In this document: positions 9,487 through 18,778 of the stretch, piece by piece
Position numbering within the stretch: position 1 is the stretch's first letter
Layout: each line of letters opens with the position of its first letter
Source of the DNA: an uncultured Flavonifractor sp.
GTDB lineage: Bacteria; Bacillota; Clostridia; Oscillospirales; Oscillospiraceae
Direction: 5' to 3'
Length of the DNA: 64,000 nucleotides
Assembly (NCBI RefSeq): GCF_944385615.1
Contig: NZ_CALWXV010000003.1
Span: 31,323-95,322, forward strand
Made by a program: the position numbers and the translations under genes
The notes under the pieces: generated by a model
The model's database searches: none
Told to the model about the DNA's origin: nothing
Seen by the model: only the letters and a program-made list of their open reading frames with translations

Positions 9487-11319
9487 ATGTGCGGGATTGT
9501 TGGATATGTTGGAAGGGAGGAGGCCGCCCCCATTTTGCTGGACGGCCTTTCCAGGCTGGAGTACCGGGGATATGATTCCGCTGGTGTGGCAGTATATGGA
9601 AAAGAGGCGGGCATGCAGGTGGCCAAGGCCAAGGGCCGGCTCCAGGTGCTCTGCGACCAGATCCAAGGCGGAAACATCCTCCACGGCGCCATTGGCGTGG
9701 GCCATACCCGGTGGGCCACCCACGGCGCCCCGTCGGACGTCAATTCCCACCCTCAGGTCAGTGAAAATGGCCGGTTTGCCGTGGTCCACAACGGTATCAT
9801 TGAAAACTATGCCGAGCTGCGGGAATTCCTCCAATCGGAGGGGGTGCAGTTTGTCTCCGACACCGACACGGAGGTGGCCGCCCAACTGCTGGAATACTAT
9901 TACCAGGGCAATCTGTTGGAGGCGGTGGAGCGTACCCTCCACACCATCCGGGGGGCCTATGCGCTGGGCATCCTGTGCGCCGACTGCCCCGACCGGCTGA
10001 TCGCTGCCCGAAAGGATTCTCCGCTGATTCTGGGCTTTGGAGCGGGGGCGCACTACCTGGCCAGCGACGTCACAGCCCTCATCAAATATACCCGTGAGGT
10101 GTGCTGGCTGGACGACGGGGAGATCGCTGAGCTCACCGCTGACCACCTGTGGGTGTATGACGCTTACCTCCGTCCGGTGGAGAAGGAGCACCGCCATGTG
10201 GACTGGGAGATCTCTGCGGCGGAAAAGGGTGGCTATGAGCACTTCATGATTAAGGAGATCATGGAGCAGCCTGAGGCCATCCGCAAAACCGTGTCCCCCC
10301 GTATCAGAGACGGGCGGGTGGTGTTGGACGACTGGCAGCTCACAGTCCGGGAGCTGGAGGAGATGGACCGGCTGTATATCATCGCCTGCGGTTCCTCCTA
10401 CCACGTGGGCGTGGCGGCCAAGTATATCCTGGAGAAGCTGCTGCGCAAGCCGGTGGAGGTGACCCTGGCCTCGGAGTTCCGCTACTGCGATCCCATTGTG
10501 TCGGAGCGTACCCTGGCCCTGGTCATCAGCCAGTCCGGAGAGACCATCGACACCCTGGCCGCCATGCGGGAGGCCCGACGACTGGGGGCCAAGGTGGTGT
10601 CCATTGTCAACGTGGTGGGCTCCACCATTGCCCGGGAAAGTGACAGTGTGCTCTATACCTGGGCCGGGCCGGAGATCGCAGTAGCCACCACAAAAGCCTA
10701 TTCCACCCAGCTGGCGGTAATTTACCTCATCGGCCTGTACTGTGCCGATCTGCTGGGCACCCTGGACCGGACGGAGTACGACGCCATTTTGTCTGAGCTC
10801 CAGCGGGTTCCGGACAAGCTGGAGGAGATTCTGAAGGACCGGGAGGACATCCAGTATTTTGCCTCTTTGTACTTCAACCGTCCTTCCATGTTCTTTATCG
10901 GACGGAATCTGGACTATGCTGTGGGGCTGGAAGGGTCTTTGAAGCTGAAGGAGATTTCCTATATCCACTCGGAGGCCTACGCCGCTGGGGAGTTGAAGCA
11001 CGGCACCATCTCCCTCATTGAGCCGGGGACTCTGGTGGTGGCCTTGGCAGGGTGCGGGCCCCTGTTTGAAAAGACGGTGAGCAATGCTGTGGAGGTAAAG
11101 AGCCGGGGGGCCGACGTGTTGGGGCTCACCACCCGAGACCGGGCGGCCGACCTGAGCCGGACGGCGGACGATGTGATCTCTATCCCTGAGACCCACCCCA
11201 TGCTCCTGCCCTCTCTGGCGGTGGTGCCCATGCAGTTATTTGCCTATTATACTGCATTGCAGCGCGGCTGCGACATTGATAAGCCAAGGAATCTGGCGAA
11301 ATCGGTGACGGTGGAATAA
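9487..11319 (+). CDS. glmS: Glutamine--fructose-6-phosphate aminotransferase
   Basis: MCGIVG N-terminus, LEYRGYDSAG, GHTRWATHG, SQSGET, C-terminal PRNLAKSVTVE. Confidence 0.98.
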   Translation: MCGIVGYVGREEAAPILLDGLSRLEYRGYDSAGVAVYGKEAGMQVAKAKGRLQVLCDQIQGGNILHGAIGVGHTRWATHGAPSDVNSHPQVSENGRFAVVHNGIIENYAELREFLQSEGVQFVSDTDTEVAAQLLEYYYQGNLLEAVERTLHTIRGAYALGILCADCPDRLIAARKDSPLILGFGAGAHYLASDVTALIKYTREVCWLDDGEIAELTADHLWVYDAYLRPVEKEHRHVDWEISAAEKGGYEHFMIKEIMEQPEAIRKTVSPRIRDGRVVLDDWQLTVRELEEMDRLYIIACGSSYHVGVAAKYILEKLLRKPVEVTLASEFRYCDPIVSERTLALVISQSGETIDTLAAMREARRLGAKVVSIVNVVGSTIARESDSVLYTWAGPEIAVATTKAYSTQLAVIYLIGLYCADLLGTLDRTEYDAILSELQRVPDKLEEILKDREDIQYFASLYFNRPSMFFIGRNLDYAVGLEGSLKLKEISYIHSEAYAAGELKHGTISLIEPGTLVVALAGCGPLFEKTVSNAVEVKSRGADVLGLTTRDRAADLSRTADDVISIPETHPMLLPSLAVVPMQLFAYYTALQRGCDIDKPRNLAKSVTVE

Positions 11320-11346
11320 AACGGAATAAAAAGACGGAGGAACGAC

Positions 11347-12921
11347 ATGAGACGACTGATCGCATTCCTGATGGCAGCCGTTCTGGTCCTGGGACTGGCG
11401 GCCTGCGGCGGAGAGGAGCAGACTGCGGAGCAGGTCACCGTACGCTATGGCCTGTCCAACGCCTGGGACTCCCTCATGCCCTACAACAGCCCTTCGGGCA
11501 GCAACTACACCCGCATCATCTGTGATAAGCTTTATGACCGGCTGGCCTATGTCCATGCCGACGGCACCCTGGACCCCAGAGGGGCAACGAGCTGGGAGAG
11601 TGCCGACGACGGCATGGCGGTGGTCTTTCACCTGGATGAAAAGGCGGCTTTCCACGACGGCACTCCGGTGACTGCTCAGCACTGGGCGGATACCATTGCC
11701 CTCATCACCAATCCCAGCTGTCCGGCTCTGGGCCGGGGCACCTTCTCCGTTGTGGCAGGTACCGACGAAAACGGCTGTGCTGTGGAAGGGGAGACTCTGG
11801 GCGTGGAGGCGGTAGACGACTACACCCTGAAGCTGACCTTTAAAAGTCCCACCACCCCGGAAGACTTCCTGCTGGACAAAAACCGGGAACTCTATGTGCT
11901 GCCCAGCCATCTGCTGGCGGATACCGACCCGGCTCAGATCATGGAGCTGGACCTGTGGGATGCCCCCATCGGCTCCGGGCCCTGCAAGTTTGTGGAGGAG
12001 ATCCCCGGCAGCCAGCTGATGCTGGCGGTCAACCGGGACTATCAGCTGGGCAGTCCCGACTTTGACCAACTTGTCATTACGGTGATGGACAAATCCAACC
12101 TGCTGCCCTCCCTGATTTCCGGGGATTTGGACTACTACGCCTTTGGCGGCAATGTGTCGGTGGAGGACGCCGAGACCGCCAAAGCCTCCGGTCTGGAGGT
12201 GGTGGAGGGAGAGGTGCCCAACACCTTCTATGAGCTGATGCTCAACTGTGAGACCATCCCCAGTGCGGAGGTCCGCCGGGCCATCGACCTGGCGCTGGAC
12301 AAGGAGGCCCTGTGTCTCCAGTCCACCCAGGGACTGGGAGAGCCCACCGCCACCGATATCACTCCGGGCACCGAGTACACCTGTACCCTCACCTGGGCCC
12401 GGGATGTGGATCAGGCCCGTACCCTGCTGGAGCAGGGGGGCTACGACGGGCGGACCTATACGCTGGCCTGTACCTCCAACCGTTCCGGCCTGGCTGCCCT
12501 CATGCAGCAGGAACTGGCCGAGGTGGGGATCACCGTGACCATTGAGACGGTGGATTCCGCCGCTCTCTTCTCCGGTATGTCCGACGGCAAGTACGACATG
12601 GCGATTGCCAGCCATACCCCCGGCGCCCTTCCGCTGTGGTTTACCGGGAGCCGTCTCAGTGAGAGCAACAACATCTTCCACATTGCCGACCTGGAGCCCT
12701 ATACCTATTATATGGACCAGATCAGAGCCGCCTCCGGCTGGGAGAAGCGCCAGGTGCTGCTGGATAAGCTCCAGGAGCTGCTGGCCGATCAGCGGCCCTT
12801 TATTCCTCTGTGGTTTGGCCGGACCCTCCATGTCCAGTCCCCCACGGTGGACAACATTGATTACCCCTCTTCCAGCTTCTCCAACGAGAATATCTGGGCG
12901 TGGCGGATGAAGACAGACTAA
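11347..12921 (+). CDS. ABC transporter substrate-binding lipoprotein, family 5 (Opp/Dpp/Nik)
   Basis: Lipobox LAAC; FHDGTPVTA, PIGSGP, VRRAIDLALDKE motifs. Confidence 0.9.
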   Translation: MRRLIAFLMAAVLVLGLAACGGEEQTAEQVTVRYGLSNAWDSLMPYNSPSGSNYTRIICDKLYDRLAYVHADGTLDPRGATSWESADDGMAVVFHLDEKAAFHDGTPVTAQHWADTIALITNPSCPALGRGTFSVVAGTDENGCAVEGETLGVEAVDDYTLKLTFKSPTTPEDFLLDKNRELYVLPSHLLADTDPAQIMELDLWDAPIGSGPCKFVEEIPGSQLMLAVNRDYQLGSPDFDQLVITVMDKSNLLPSLISGDLDYYAFGGNVSVEDAETAKASGLEVVEGEVPNTFYELMLNCETIPSAEVRRAIDLALDKEALCLQSTQGLGEPTATDITPGTEYTCTLTWARDVDQARTLLEQGGYDGRTYTLACTSNRSGLAALMQQELAEVGITVTIETVDSAALFSGMSDGKYDMAIASHTPGALPLWFTGSRLSESNNIFHIADLEPYTYYMDQIRAASGWEKRQVLLDKLQELLADQRPFIPLWFGRTLHVQSPTVDNIDYPSSSFSNENIWAWRMKTD

Positions 12922-12952
12922 TGGCTATCCGAAACAAATAGAAAAAACCTCC

Positions 12953-12977
12953 GTAGGGCCGCCGCCCATAGCGGCCC
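12953..12977 (+). repeat. Single GTAG-type REP-like hairpin
   Basis: GTAG followed by GGCCGC-cgcccata-GCGGCC stem-loop between SBP and permease genes. Confidence 0.35.
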
Positions 12978-13019
12978 GTGCCCCCGCCGGGGCCGGAAGT
13001 GCAGGAGGAAGCGAAAACT

Positions 13020-13979
13020 ATGGGACGATATCTCCGCCGTCGCCTGTTGACGGCTATCCCGGTCTTTTTTGGGATCACTATTTTGGTATTTTGTATGCTC
13101 AACCTGGCCCAGGGCTCCATCCTGGACCTGATGGGGGAGGGGAGCGGCGCCACCGACGCAGACCGGGCGGCCTTAGCGGCCTCTCTTGGGCTGGACCGGC
13201 CTCTGCCCCAGCGTTACCTCTCCTGGCTGTGGGACCTGCTTCGGGGGGACTTGGGTACTTCTTACACCAACGGTAAGCCGGTGGCCGGTCTCATTGCCCA
13301 GCGGGTGGGGCCTTCTCTGCTGCTCACCGGCACCGGCGTGGTGCTGGCGGTGGCCATCGCCCTGCCTCTTGGGGTGCTGGCCGCCTGGAAGCCCCGGTCC
13401 GGCTGGAACCGGGCGGCCTCTGCCCTTAGCTTGATCAGCTTTGGCGTGCCCGGATTCTTTCTCTGTCTGGCGGGAATCTTTCTCTTTTCGGTGACTTTGG
13501 GTTGGCTGCCCGCCAATGGTATGTACGCAGCCGGGCGGTTTTCCGGCATTGGGGATCTGTTGCGTCACCTGATCCTCCCAGCCGGGGTGGTGTGCCTGAG
13601 TAGCGTGGGGGAGCTGGTAAAGCAGACCCGGGCAGCCTGCCTGGAGGCCCTGGGAGAGGATTACATCCGTACCGCCCGGGCCAAAGGCCTTACCGACCGG
13701 ACAGTCATGGTACGCCATGCCTTCCGCTGTTCCCTCATCCCGGTGCTTACCACCATCCTCAGCCACATTCCCCACATCCTGGGCGGGTCTGTGGTGGTGG
13801 AGCAGGTCTTTGGCTGGCCAGGTATGGGCAGCCTGCTCTTTTCCGGCATTTCGGGCCGGGACTACGCCGTGGTCATGGGGGTCACGGTGGTGATTGCCCT
13901 GGCGGTGCTCCTGACCAACTTGCTGCTGGATCTGGCCTATGGACTGGCCGACCCCAGAGTACGCTATGGAAAGGGGTAG
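13020..13979 (+). CDS. Peptide/nickel ABC transporter permease (OppB/DppB-like)
   Basis: MGRYLRRRLL, LGLDRPL, GDLGTS, EDYIRTARAKGL (EAA loop), VEQVFGWPGMG. Confidence 0.92.
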   Translation: MGRYLRRRLLTAIPVFFGITILVFCMLNLAQGSILDLMGEGSGATDADRAALAASLGLDRPLPQRYLSWLWDLLRGDLGTSYTNGKPVAGLIAQRVGPSLLLTGTGVVLAVAIALPLGVLAAWKPRSGWNRAASALSLISFGVPGFFLCLAGIFLFSVTLGWLPANGMYAAGRFSGIGDLLRHLILPAGVVCLSSVGELVKQTRAACLEALGEDYIRTARAKGLTDRTVMVRHAFRCSLIPVLTTILSHIPHILGGSVVVEQVFGWPGMGSLLFSGISGRDYAVVMGVTVVIALAVLLTNLLLDLAYGLADPRVRYGKG

Positions 13980-13983
13980 GGCC

Positions 13984-14856
13984 ATGGACGGGAGACGATT
14001 GGACCGGAGCCCCTGGGCCCGGTTTCGGGGGGACCGGCGGGCTATGGTGTGTCTGCTGGTGCTCTGTCTGGAACTGCTGACGGTCTTTCTGCTGCCCCCG
14101 CTGCTGGGACTGGAGCCCAATGTCAGTGATCTGGAGGCCGGCTTCTGGGCGCCTCCGTCGGCAGAGCACTGGCTTGGTACTGACGACGTGGGTAGGGATC
14201 TGCTGGCCCGGCTGCTGAGCGGGGGACAGGTATCCCTGTTCATCGGGCTGGCCTCCGCCGCCATCAGTGCGGTGGTGGGGGTACCTCTGGGCCTGCTGGC
14301 GGGCTACCGCCGGGGGGCTTGGGAGTTCTGGATCATGCGGCTGGCCGACATCTTTCAGACCTTCCCCAGCATCGTGCTGGTGCTCTGTTTGGTGACGGTG
14401 GTGGGGCCGTCTGCGGGGAATATCGTGCTGGTGCTGGGACTGTTGGGCTGGACCGGCATCGCCCGGCTGGTATACGGCAACACCCTGGCGGTGCGGGAGC
14501 GGGAATATGTGCTGGCAGCCCGGGCTCTGGGCGCCAGAACGGGCACCATTCTGTGGCGCAATGTGCTGCCCAATGTGATTTCCCCGGTGTGGTGCTCCAT
14601 CCCCCTGCGGGCGGGGCGGGCCATCCTGTCGGAGTCCAGCCTCAGCTTTCTGGGCTTTGGCATCCGCACCCCCCAGGCCTCCTGGGGCAGTATGATCCAG
14701 TATGCCAGCAATCTGACGGTGCTTACCGGCCGGCCCTGGGTGTGGCTGCCGCCGGGGCTGTGTATCATTCTGACGGTGCTCTGTCTGGCAGGTATCGGGG
14801 ACGGCCTGCGGGACGCTTTGGACCCACGGTTCCATGGAGAACAATCCAAGCTGTGA
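13984..14856 (+). CDS. Peptide/nickel ABC transporter permease (OppC/DppC-like)
   Basis: HWLGTDDVGRD, REYVLAARALGA, ESSLSFLGFG, GDGLRDALDP. Confidence 0.92.
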   Translation: MDGRRLDRSPWARFRGDRRAMVCLLVLCLELLTVFLLPPLLGLEPNVSDLEAGFWAPPSAEHWLGTDDVGRDLLARLLSGGQVSLFIGLASAAISAVVGVPLGLLAGYRRGAWEFWIMRLADIFQTFPSIVLVLCLVTVVGPSAGNIVLVLGLLGWTGIARLVYGNTLAVREREYVLAARALGARTGTILWRNVLPNVISPVWCSIPLRAGRAILSESSLSFLGFGIRTPQASWGSMIQYASNLTVLTGRPWVWLPPGLCIILTVLCLAGIGDGLRDALDPRFHGEQSKL

Positions 14857-14885
14857 TTGTGTTTCCGCTCTGTAGGTTCCATGTT

Positions 14886-14917
14886 AAGCTCCGGCCCTGT
14901 CAGGACCGGAGCTTTTT
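14886..14917 (+). terminator. Intrinsic terminator after ABC permease
   Basis: AAGCTCCGG...CCGGAGCTT stem followed by T-run. Confidence 0.7.
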
Positions 14918-14936
14918 GAATAGGAGGGAGAAGCAA

Positions 14937-16547
14937 ATGGTAAATATCTTACTTTTGTGCGCGGCGGTGCTGGTAGCCTGCATCCTGGCCAGCCGATTTT
15001 CTCAGAAGGCCGGGGTGCCCGCTCTGCTGCTCTTTATGGCCCTGGGGATGCTGTTCGGGTCGGATGGGCTGCTGCGCATCCCCTTTGATGATTTCCAGGC
15101 GGCGGAGCAGATCTGTTCGGTGGCTCTCATTTTTATTATGTTTTACGGCGGCTTTGGTACCCGCTGGGAGGCGGCCAAACCGGTGGCCGCTCGGGCGGTG
15201 GTGCTCTCTACCCTTGGGGTGGCGGTGACCGCGCTGCTGACCGGTCTGTTCTGCCATTTTGTGTTGGGCTTTCCGCCGTTGGCCAGCTTTCTCGTCGGCG
15301 CGGTCATCAGCTCCACCGATGCCGCCTCGGTGTTCTCCATTCTGCGCTCCAAAAAGCTGGGCCTGCGCTACCATACCGCATCGCTGCTGGAGTTGGAGAG
15401 CGGCAGTAACGACCCGGTATCCTATATGCTGACCATGATCGCCCTGTCTTTGATGGGAGTGGGGGAGAGCGGCAACCTGGTCTGGATGATCTTCTCCCAG
15501 CTGGTCTTTGGTATCGTGCTGGGGCTGGCGGTGGCGGCCTTATCCATCTTTGTCCTGCGGCGGCTTACCCTGTCTGACGGCATGGATTCCATTTTTGTGC
15601 TGGCTGCCGCCCTGCTGGCCTACGCCCTGCCCGCTGCCATAGGAGGTAACGGCTATTTGGGGACCTATTTGGCGGGCATTCTGCTGGGCAACGCTAAAAT
15701 TCCCCACAAGCCGCCTCTGGTCCACTTTTTTGACGGCCTTACCGATCTGGCTCAGATCATTATTTTCTTCCTGTTGGGCCTGCTCTCCTATCCCACCCAA
15801 TTGCCGGGTGTGCTTCTGCCCGCTGTGGCTATCGCTCTCTTCCTTACCTTTGTGGCCCGGCCTGCTGCTGTCTTTTTGCTGATGGCCCCCTTCCGGTGTA
15901 AGCTCCGCCAGTGCCTGCTGGTGTCCTGGGCAGGGCTGCGAGGGGCGGCCTCCATCGTGTTTGCCATCATGGCCCTGGCCAGCGGGGCGGAAACCGGCTA
16001 TGATCTGTTTCATATTGTATTCTGCATCTCCCTGATGTCGGTGGCGGTCCAGGGCTCGCTGCTTCCCTTGGTGGCCCGGCGGCTCGACATGGTGGACACC
16101 GAGGACAACATCAGCCGCACCTTCAACGACTATCAGGATGAGCGGCAGCTCCATCTGACCCGGTTCCACATCGAGGCGGGCCATCCTTGGGAGGGCAGGA
16201 CCGTAGGGGAGTGCAGCCTGCCCGCCGACGCCTTGGTGGTCACCATCCGCCGGGGAGAGGAGAGCCTGATCCCCAACGGAGGCACTGTGATCCAGGCGGG
16301 GGACCTTCTGGTGGTGAGCACCCCGGTCTATGAGGACGACGGCGGCGTCAGCCTGCGGGAGATGCCGGTGGAGGAACATAAGGACTGGATCGGCCGCACC
16401 ATCCGGGAGCTGAATCTGCCGGGAGAGGTGCTTATTGTGCTGGTCCGCCGGGCCGACGGCACGACTGCTGTACCCAAAGGTGGTACGGTGCTCCACCAGG
16501 GGGATACGCTGGTGGTCAGTGAGGCGGAGAACGCCAGGTCGGCCTGA
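14937..16547 (+). CDS. cvrA: K+/H+ antiporter (CvrA/NhaP2) with two C-terminal RCK_C (TrkA-C) domains
   Basis: SSTDAASVF, LELESGSNDP, SWAGLRGAASI; tandem I.RG...IP.G.T.I..GD.L repeats at the C-terminus. Confidence 0.88.
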   Translation: MVNILLLCAAVLVACILASRFSQKAGVPALLLFMALGMLFGSDGLLRIPFDDFQAAEQICSVALIFIMFYGGFGTRWEAAKPVAARAVVLSTLGVAVTALLTGLFCHFVLGFPPLASFLVGAVISSTDAASVFSILRSKKLGLRYHTASLLELESGSNDPVSYMLTMIALSLMGVGESGNLVWMIFSQLVFGIVLGLAVAALSIFVLRRLTLSDGMDSIFVLAAALLAYALPAAIGGNGYLGTYLAGILLGNAKIPHKPPLVHFFDGLTDLAQIIIFFLLGLLSYPTQLPGVLLPAVAIALFLTFVARPAAVFLLMAPFRCKLRQCLLVSWAGLRGAASIVFAIMALASGAETGYDLFHIVFCISLMSVAVQGSLLPLVARRLDMVDTEDNISRTFNDYQDERQLHLTRFHIEAGHPWEGRTVGECSLPADALVVTIRRGEESLIPNGGTVIQAGDLLVVSTPVYEDDGGVSLREMPVEEHKDWIGRTIRELNLPGEVLIVLVRRADGTTAVPKGGTVLHQGDTLVVSEAENARSA

Positions 16548-16657
16548 CCCCTAAAAAATTGAACTGAGGGTTTGAAAATCTCTTGCCATTACCAGATGGT
16601 AAGTGTTATCATAAAATCAGAAGTTAGGACGGACCGCGGGGCAAAGGGGGCGTAGCG

Positions 16658-17212
16658 GTGGAAGATACGATTGATTTGGTGGAGAAAAAGCAGTTTCGGA
16701 TCATGCTCAATCCAGTGCGGCAGGAGATGGTACATTTGCTGCGCCTGGTGGCCAGACCTCTTTCCGCCAACCGTGTGGCGGAGCGGATGCAGCTTTCACC
16801 CAGTGCAGCCCACGCCCATCTGAACAAGCTGGTAAAGATGGGGCTGGTGTCCGCCCAGGAGGGCACCCGAAGGGATGGAAGTAAGACCACCTACTACCAG
16901 ATGAGAAATGTAAAGCTGCGGCTGTGCCTGGGACGGAAGGACGCCTTCCAGGGGGAACGGGAAGCCCTGGCGGCTAATCTGGTGGACAGTACCTTCCGCA
17001 GTATACTGGAAAATGTGTATCGATATGACGAGCCTGAGGTGCGCAATTACAGCGTGCTCCGTTTTGGGGCCCTCCATCTGGATACAGCTCAGCGGATGGA
17101 GCTGACCCAGCTGGTGGAGCAGTATTTGGAGGAGCACGGCGCCCTTCGGCCGGAGGCGGAAGAGCACTGGGAGTATGTGGTGCTGGCCTACCGGGCGGGG
17201 GAAGAGCTTTAA
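16658..17212 (+). CDS. Winged-helix (ArsR-like) transcriptional regulator
   Basis: NPVRQEMVHLL...LSANRVAERMQLSPSAAHAHLNKLVKMGLV HTH. Confidence 0.75.
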   Translation: MEDTIDLVEKKQFRIMLNPVRQEMVHLLRLVARPLSANRVAERMQLSPSAAHAHLNKLVKMGLVSAQEGTRRDGSKTTYYQMRNVKLRLCLGRKDAFQGEREALAANLVDSTFRSILENVYRYDEPEVRNYSVLRFGALHLDTAQRMELTQLVEQYLEEHGALRPEAEEHWEYVVLAYRAGEEL

Positions 17213-17213
17213 A

Positions 17214-17258
17214 AAACATGGAGCGGGAGACAGAACAAACTGTTTCCCGCTCCATATT
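17214..17258. terminator. Bidirectional terminator
   Basis: ATGGAGCGGGAGACAG...CTGTTTCCCGCTCCAT inverted repeat between convergent genes. Confidence 0.7.
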
Positions 17259-17755
17259 TACAGATACAGGATATCCAGCTCCAGCCCTTGCTTCATGGCG
17301 TAGCTGATGGTGTACATGGTGCCCCCCAGCATCCCGTCATAGATGGCGATGAGCCGGGCGGCGTGGTCCACCAGATAGCGGTTGCGGCGGAGCATACAGC
17401 CCTTGTCATAATGGCGCTGCACCATAGTCTCCCCATCACAGGCGGCTACCAGGGTATAGTACCGGTCCCGGTCCCGTTCGGTCCAGCGGGCGGCCTGCTC
17501 CTCACAGGGAATGACCGCCTCCAACGTCACCCCAGGCCGGCGCTGGCGCAGGTCCAGCACCGCCTCACAGAAGTAGAAGTCCGCCCCCCGGGCCATGCCG
17601 CACAGGAAATGGCGGCACCCGGCCTCGTAGGCTGTCTCCACCGCCGTTACCAGCTTTGCCTTGATTTCCAGACAGCGGGGGTCCAGCTCATCCTCCCCCC
17701 AGGGCAGCTTTTCCGGCCGGTGGCCGGTAAAGCTGCAACTGATCTCCCGTTGCAT
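17258..17755 (-). CDS. SLOG superfamily YpsA/DUF1273-like protein
   Basis: SFTGHRP, FLCGMARGAD, RNRYLVD, YDG..GGT.YT motifs. Confidence 0.85.
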   Translation of the reverse strand: MQREISCSFTGHRPEKLPWGEDELDPRCLEIKAKLVTAVETAYEAGCRHFLCGMARGADFYFCEAVLDLRQRRPGVTLEAVIPCEEQAARWTERDRDRYYTLVAACDGETMVQRHYDKGCMLRRNRYLVDHAARLIAIYDGMLGGTMYTISYAMKQGLELDILYL

Positions 17756-17834
17756 GGCGCACCCCCCTTTCTGTATTGGCTGCCTGTGATAGTGACATTG
17801 TAGTATATCCCATACATCAAGTCAACGGGAAAAT

Positions 17835-17848
17835 AGAACATTTGTTTT
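17835..17848. promoter_or_regulatory. Putative LexA (SOS/Cheo) box
   Basis: AGAAC-ATTT-GTTTT matches GAAC-N4-GTTY; just upstream of a TTGACT-N17-TACAAT promoter for the minus-strand SLOG gene. Confidence 0.55.
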
Positions 17849-17910
17849 TAAATTTAGAAAGCAGTTGCAAATTGTGCCGGAATGTGTATAATAAGAACTG
17901 ACAACGGAAT

Positions 17911-18035
17911 AACTGTCTTCAGGGCAGGGTGAAAATCCCGATCGGCGGTAAAGTCCGCGAGCCGTTTTGGCCGACCCGGTGGAATTCCGGGACCGACAGT
18001 AACGCGCAGGGCGCGAAGTCTGGATGGAAGAAGAC
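17911..18035 (+). ncRNA. FMN (RFN) riboswitch
   Basis: TCTTCAGGGCAGGGTGAAAATCCCGATCGGCGGTAAAGTCCGCGAGC...CCGGTGGAATTCCGGGACCGACAGT...AGTCTGGATGGAAGAAGA, canonical RFN blocks upstream of ribU. Confidence 0.95.
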
Positions 18036-18122
18036 GTGTAGAACCATTGGCACGCTCCCATTGCGCAGAACTCTGAACGGCAGATCCGTCCAGCAGATCT
18101 GGTAATGAGGAGTGTTTTTGTT

Positions 18123-18728
18123 ATGACCAATTCTGTCACCGCCCGGCGGCGGGCAAATGTCCGTGCCATTACGGTCACCGCCATGTTCTCCGCTGTGGCC
18201 TTTGTGCTCATGTTTCTGGAGTTCTCCCTGCCTATTATCCCCGAGTTTGTGAAAATGGATGTGTCCGAGCTGCCCGCTTTGCTGGCCGCCTTCGGTCTGG
18301 GTCCGGTGTACGGTGTGGCGGTGTGCCTGGTGAAGAACCTGCTCCACCTGCTTATCACCTCCACCGGCGGAGCGGGGGAGCTGTGCAACTTCCTGTTGGG
18401 TGCCTGCTTTGTGTTCCCGGCGGGCCTGATCTATCGGCTCCATAAGTCCCGCAAGACCGCTGTGCTGGGCGCCCTGGTGGGAGCGGTCATCATGGCCCTG
18501 CTGTCCATCCCACTGAACTATTACATCACCTACCCCATTTATGCCAACTTCATGCCTATCGATACCATCATCGGCATGTATCAGGCCATCCGGCCCTCCA
18601 CCAACGGCCTGCTGGAGTGCCTTATCGTGTTCAACGCCCCTTTCACTCTGCTGAAGGGCCTGCTGGACGCGGTGCTCTGTTTCCTGATCTATAAGCCTCT
18701 TTCTCCCCTGATCCACGGAAAACGGTAA
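18123..18728 (+). CDS. ribU: ECF transporter S-component for riboflavin
   Basis: FVKMDVSELPALL, LVKNLLHL, GELCNF, FNAPFTLLKG; downstream of FMN riboswitch. Confidence 0.9.
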   Translation: MTNSVTARRRANVRAITVTAMFSAVAFVLMFLEFSLPIIPEFVKMDVSELPALLAAFGLGPVYGVAVCLVKNLLHLLITSTGGAGELCNFLLGACFVFPAGLIYRLHKSRKTAVLGALVGAVIMALLSIPLNYYITYPIYANFMPIDTIIGMYQAIRPSTNGLLECLIVFNAPFTLLKGLLDAVLCFLIYKPLSPLIHGKR

Positions 18729-18732
18729 ACGG

Positions 18733-18763
18733 AAAAATGACCGCCGAAAGGCGGTCATTTTTT
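18733..18763. terminator. Bidirectional terminator
   Basis: AAAAATGACCGCC-GAAA-GGCGGTCATTTTT. Confidence 0.85.
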
Positions 18764-18778
18764 GTTGGGAGCCGGTGA

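Noticed and set aside
9436-12831. 586-aa and 531-aa minus-strand ORFs
   Set aside because: Antisense shadows of glmS and the SBP gene
14319-14936. Apparent 200-aa N-terminal extension of the K+/H+ antiporter (742-aa ORF)
   Set aside because: Overlaps the oppC-like gene in another frame and crosses a terminator; a good RBS precedes ATG 14937
14857-14936. c-di-AMP riboswitch upstream of the K+ antiporter
   Set aside because: Intergenic space is 80 nt and mostly occupied by a terminator hairpin; no ydaO motif
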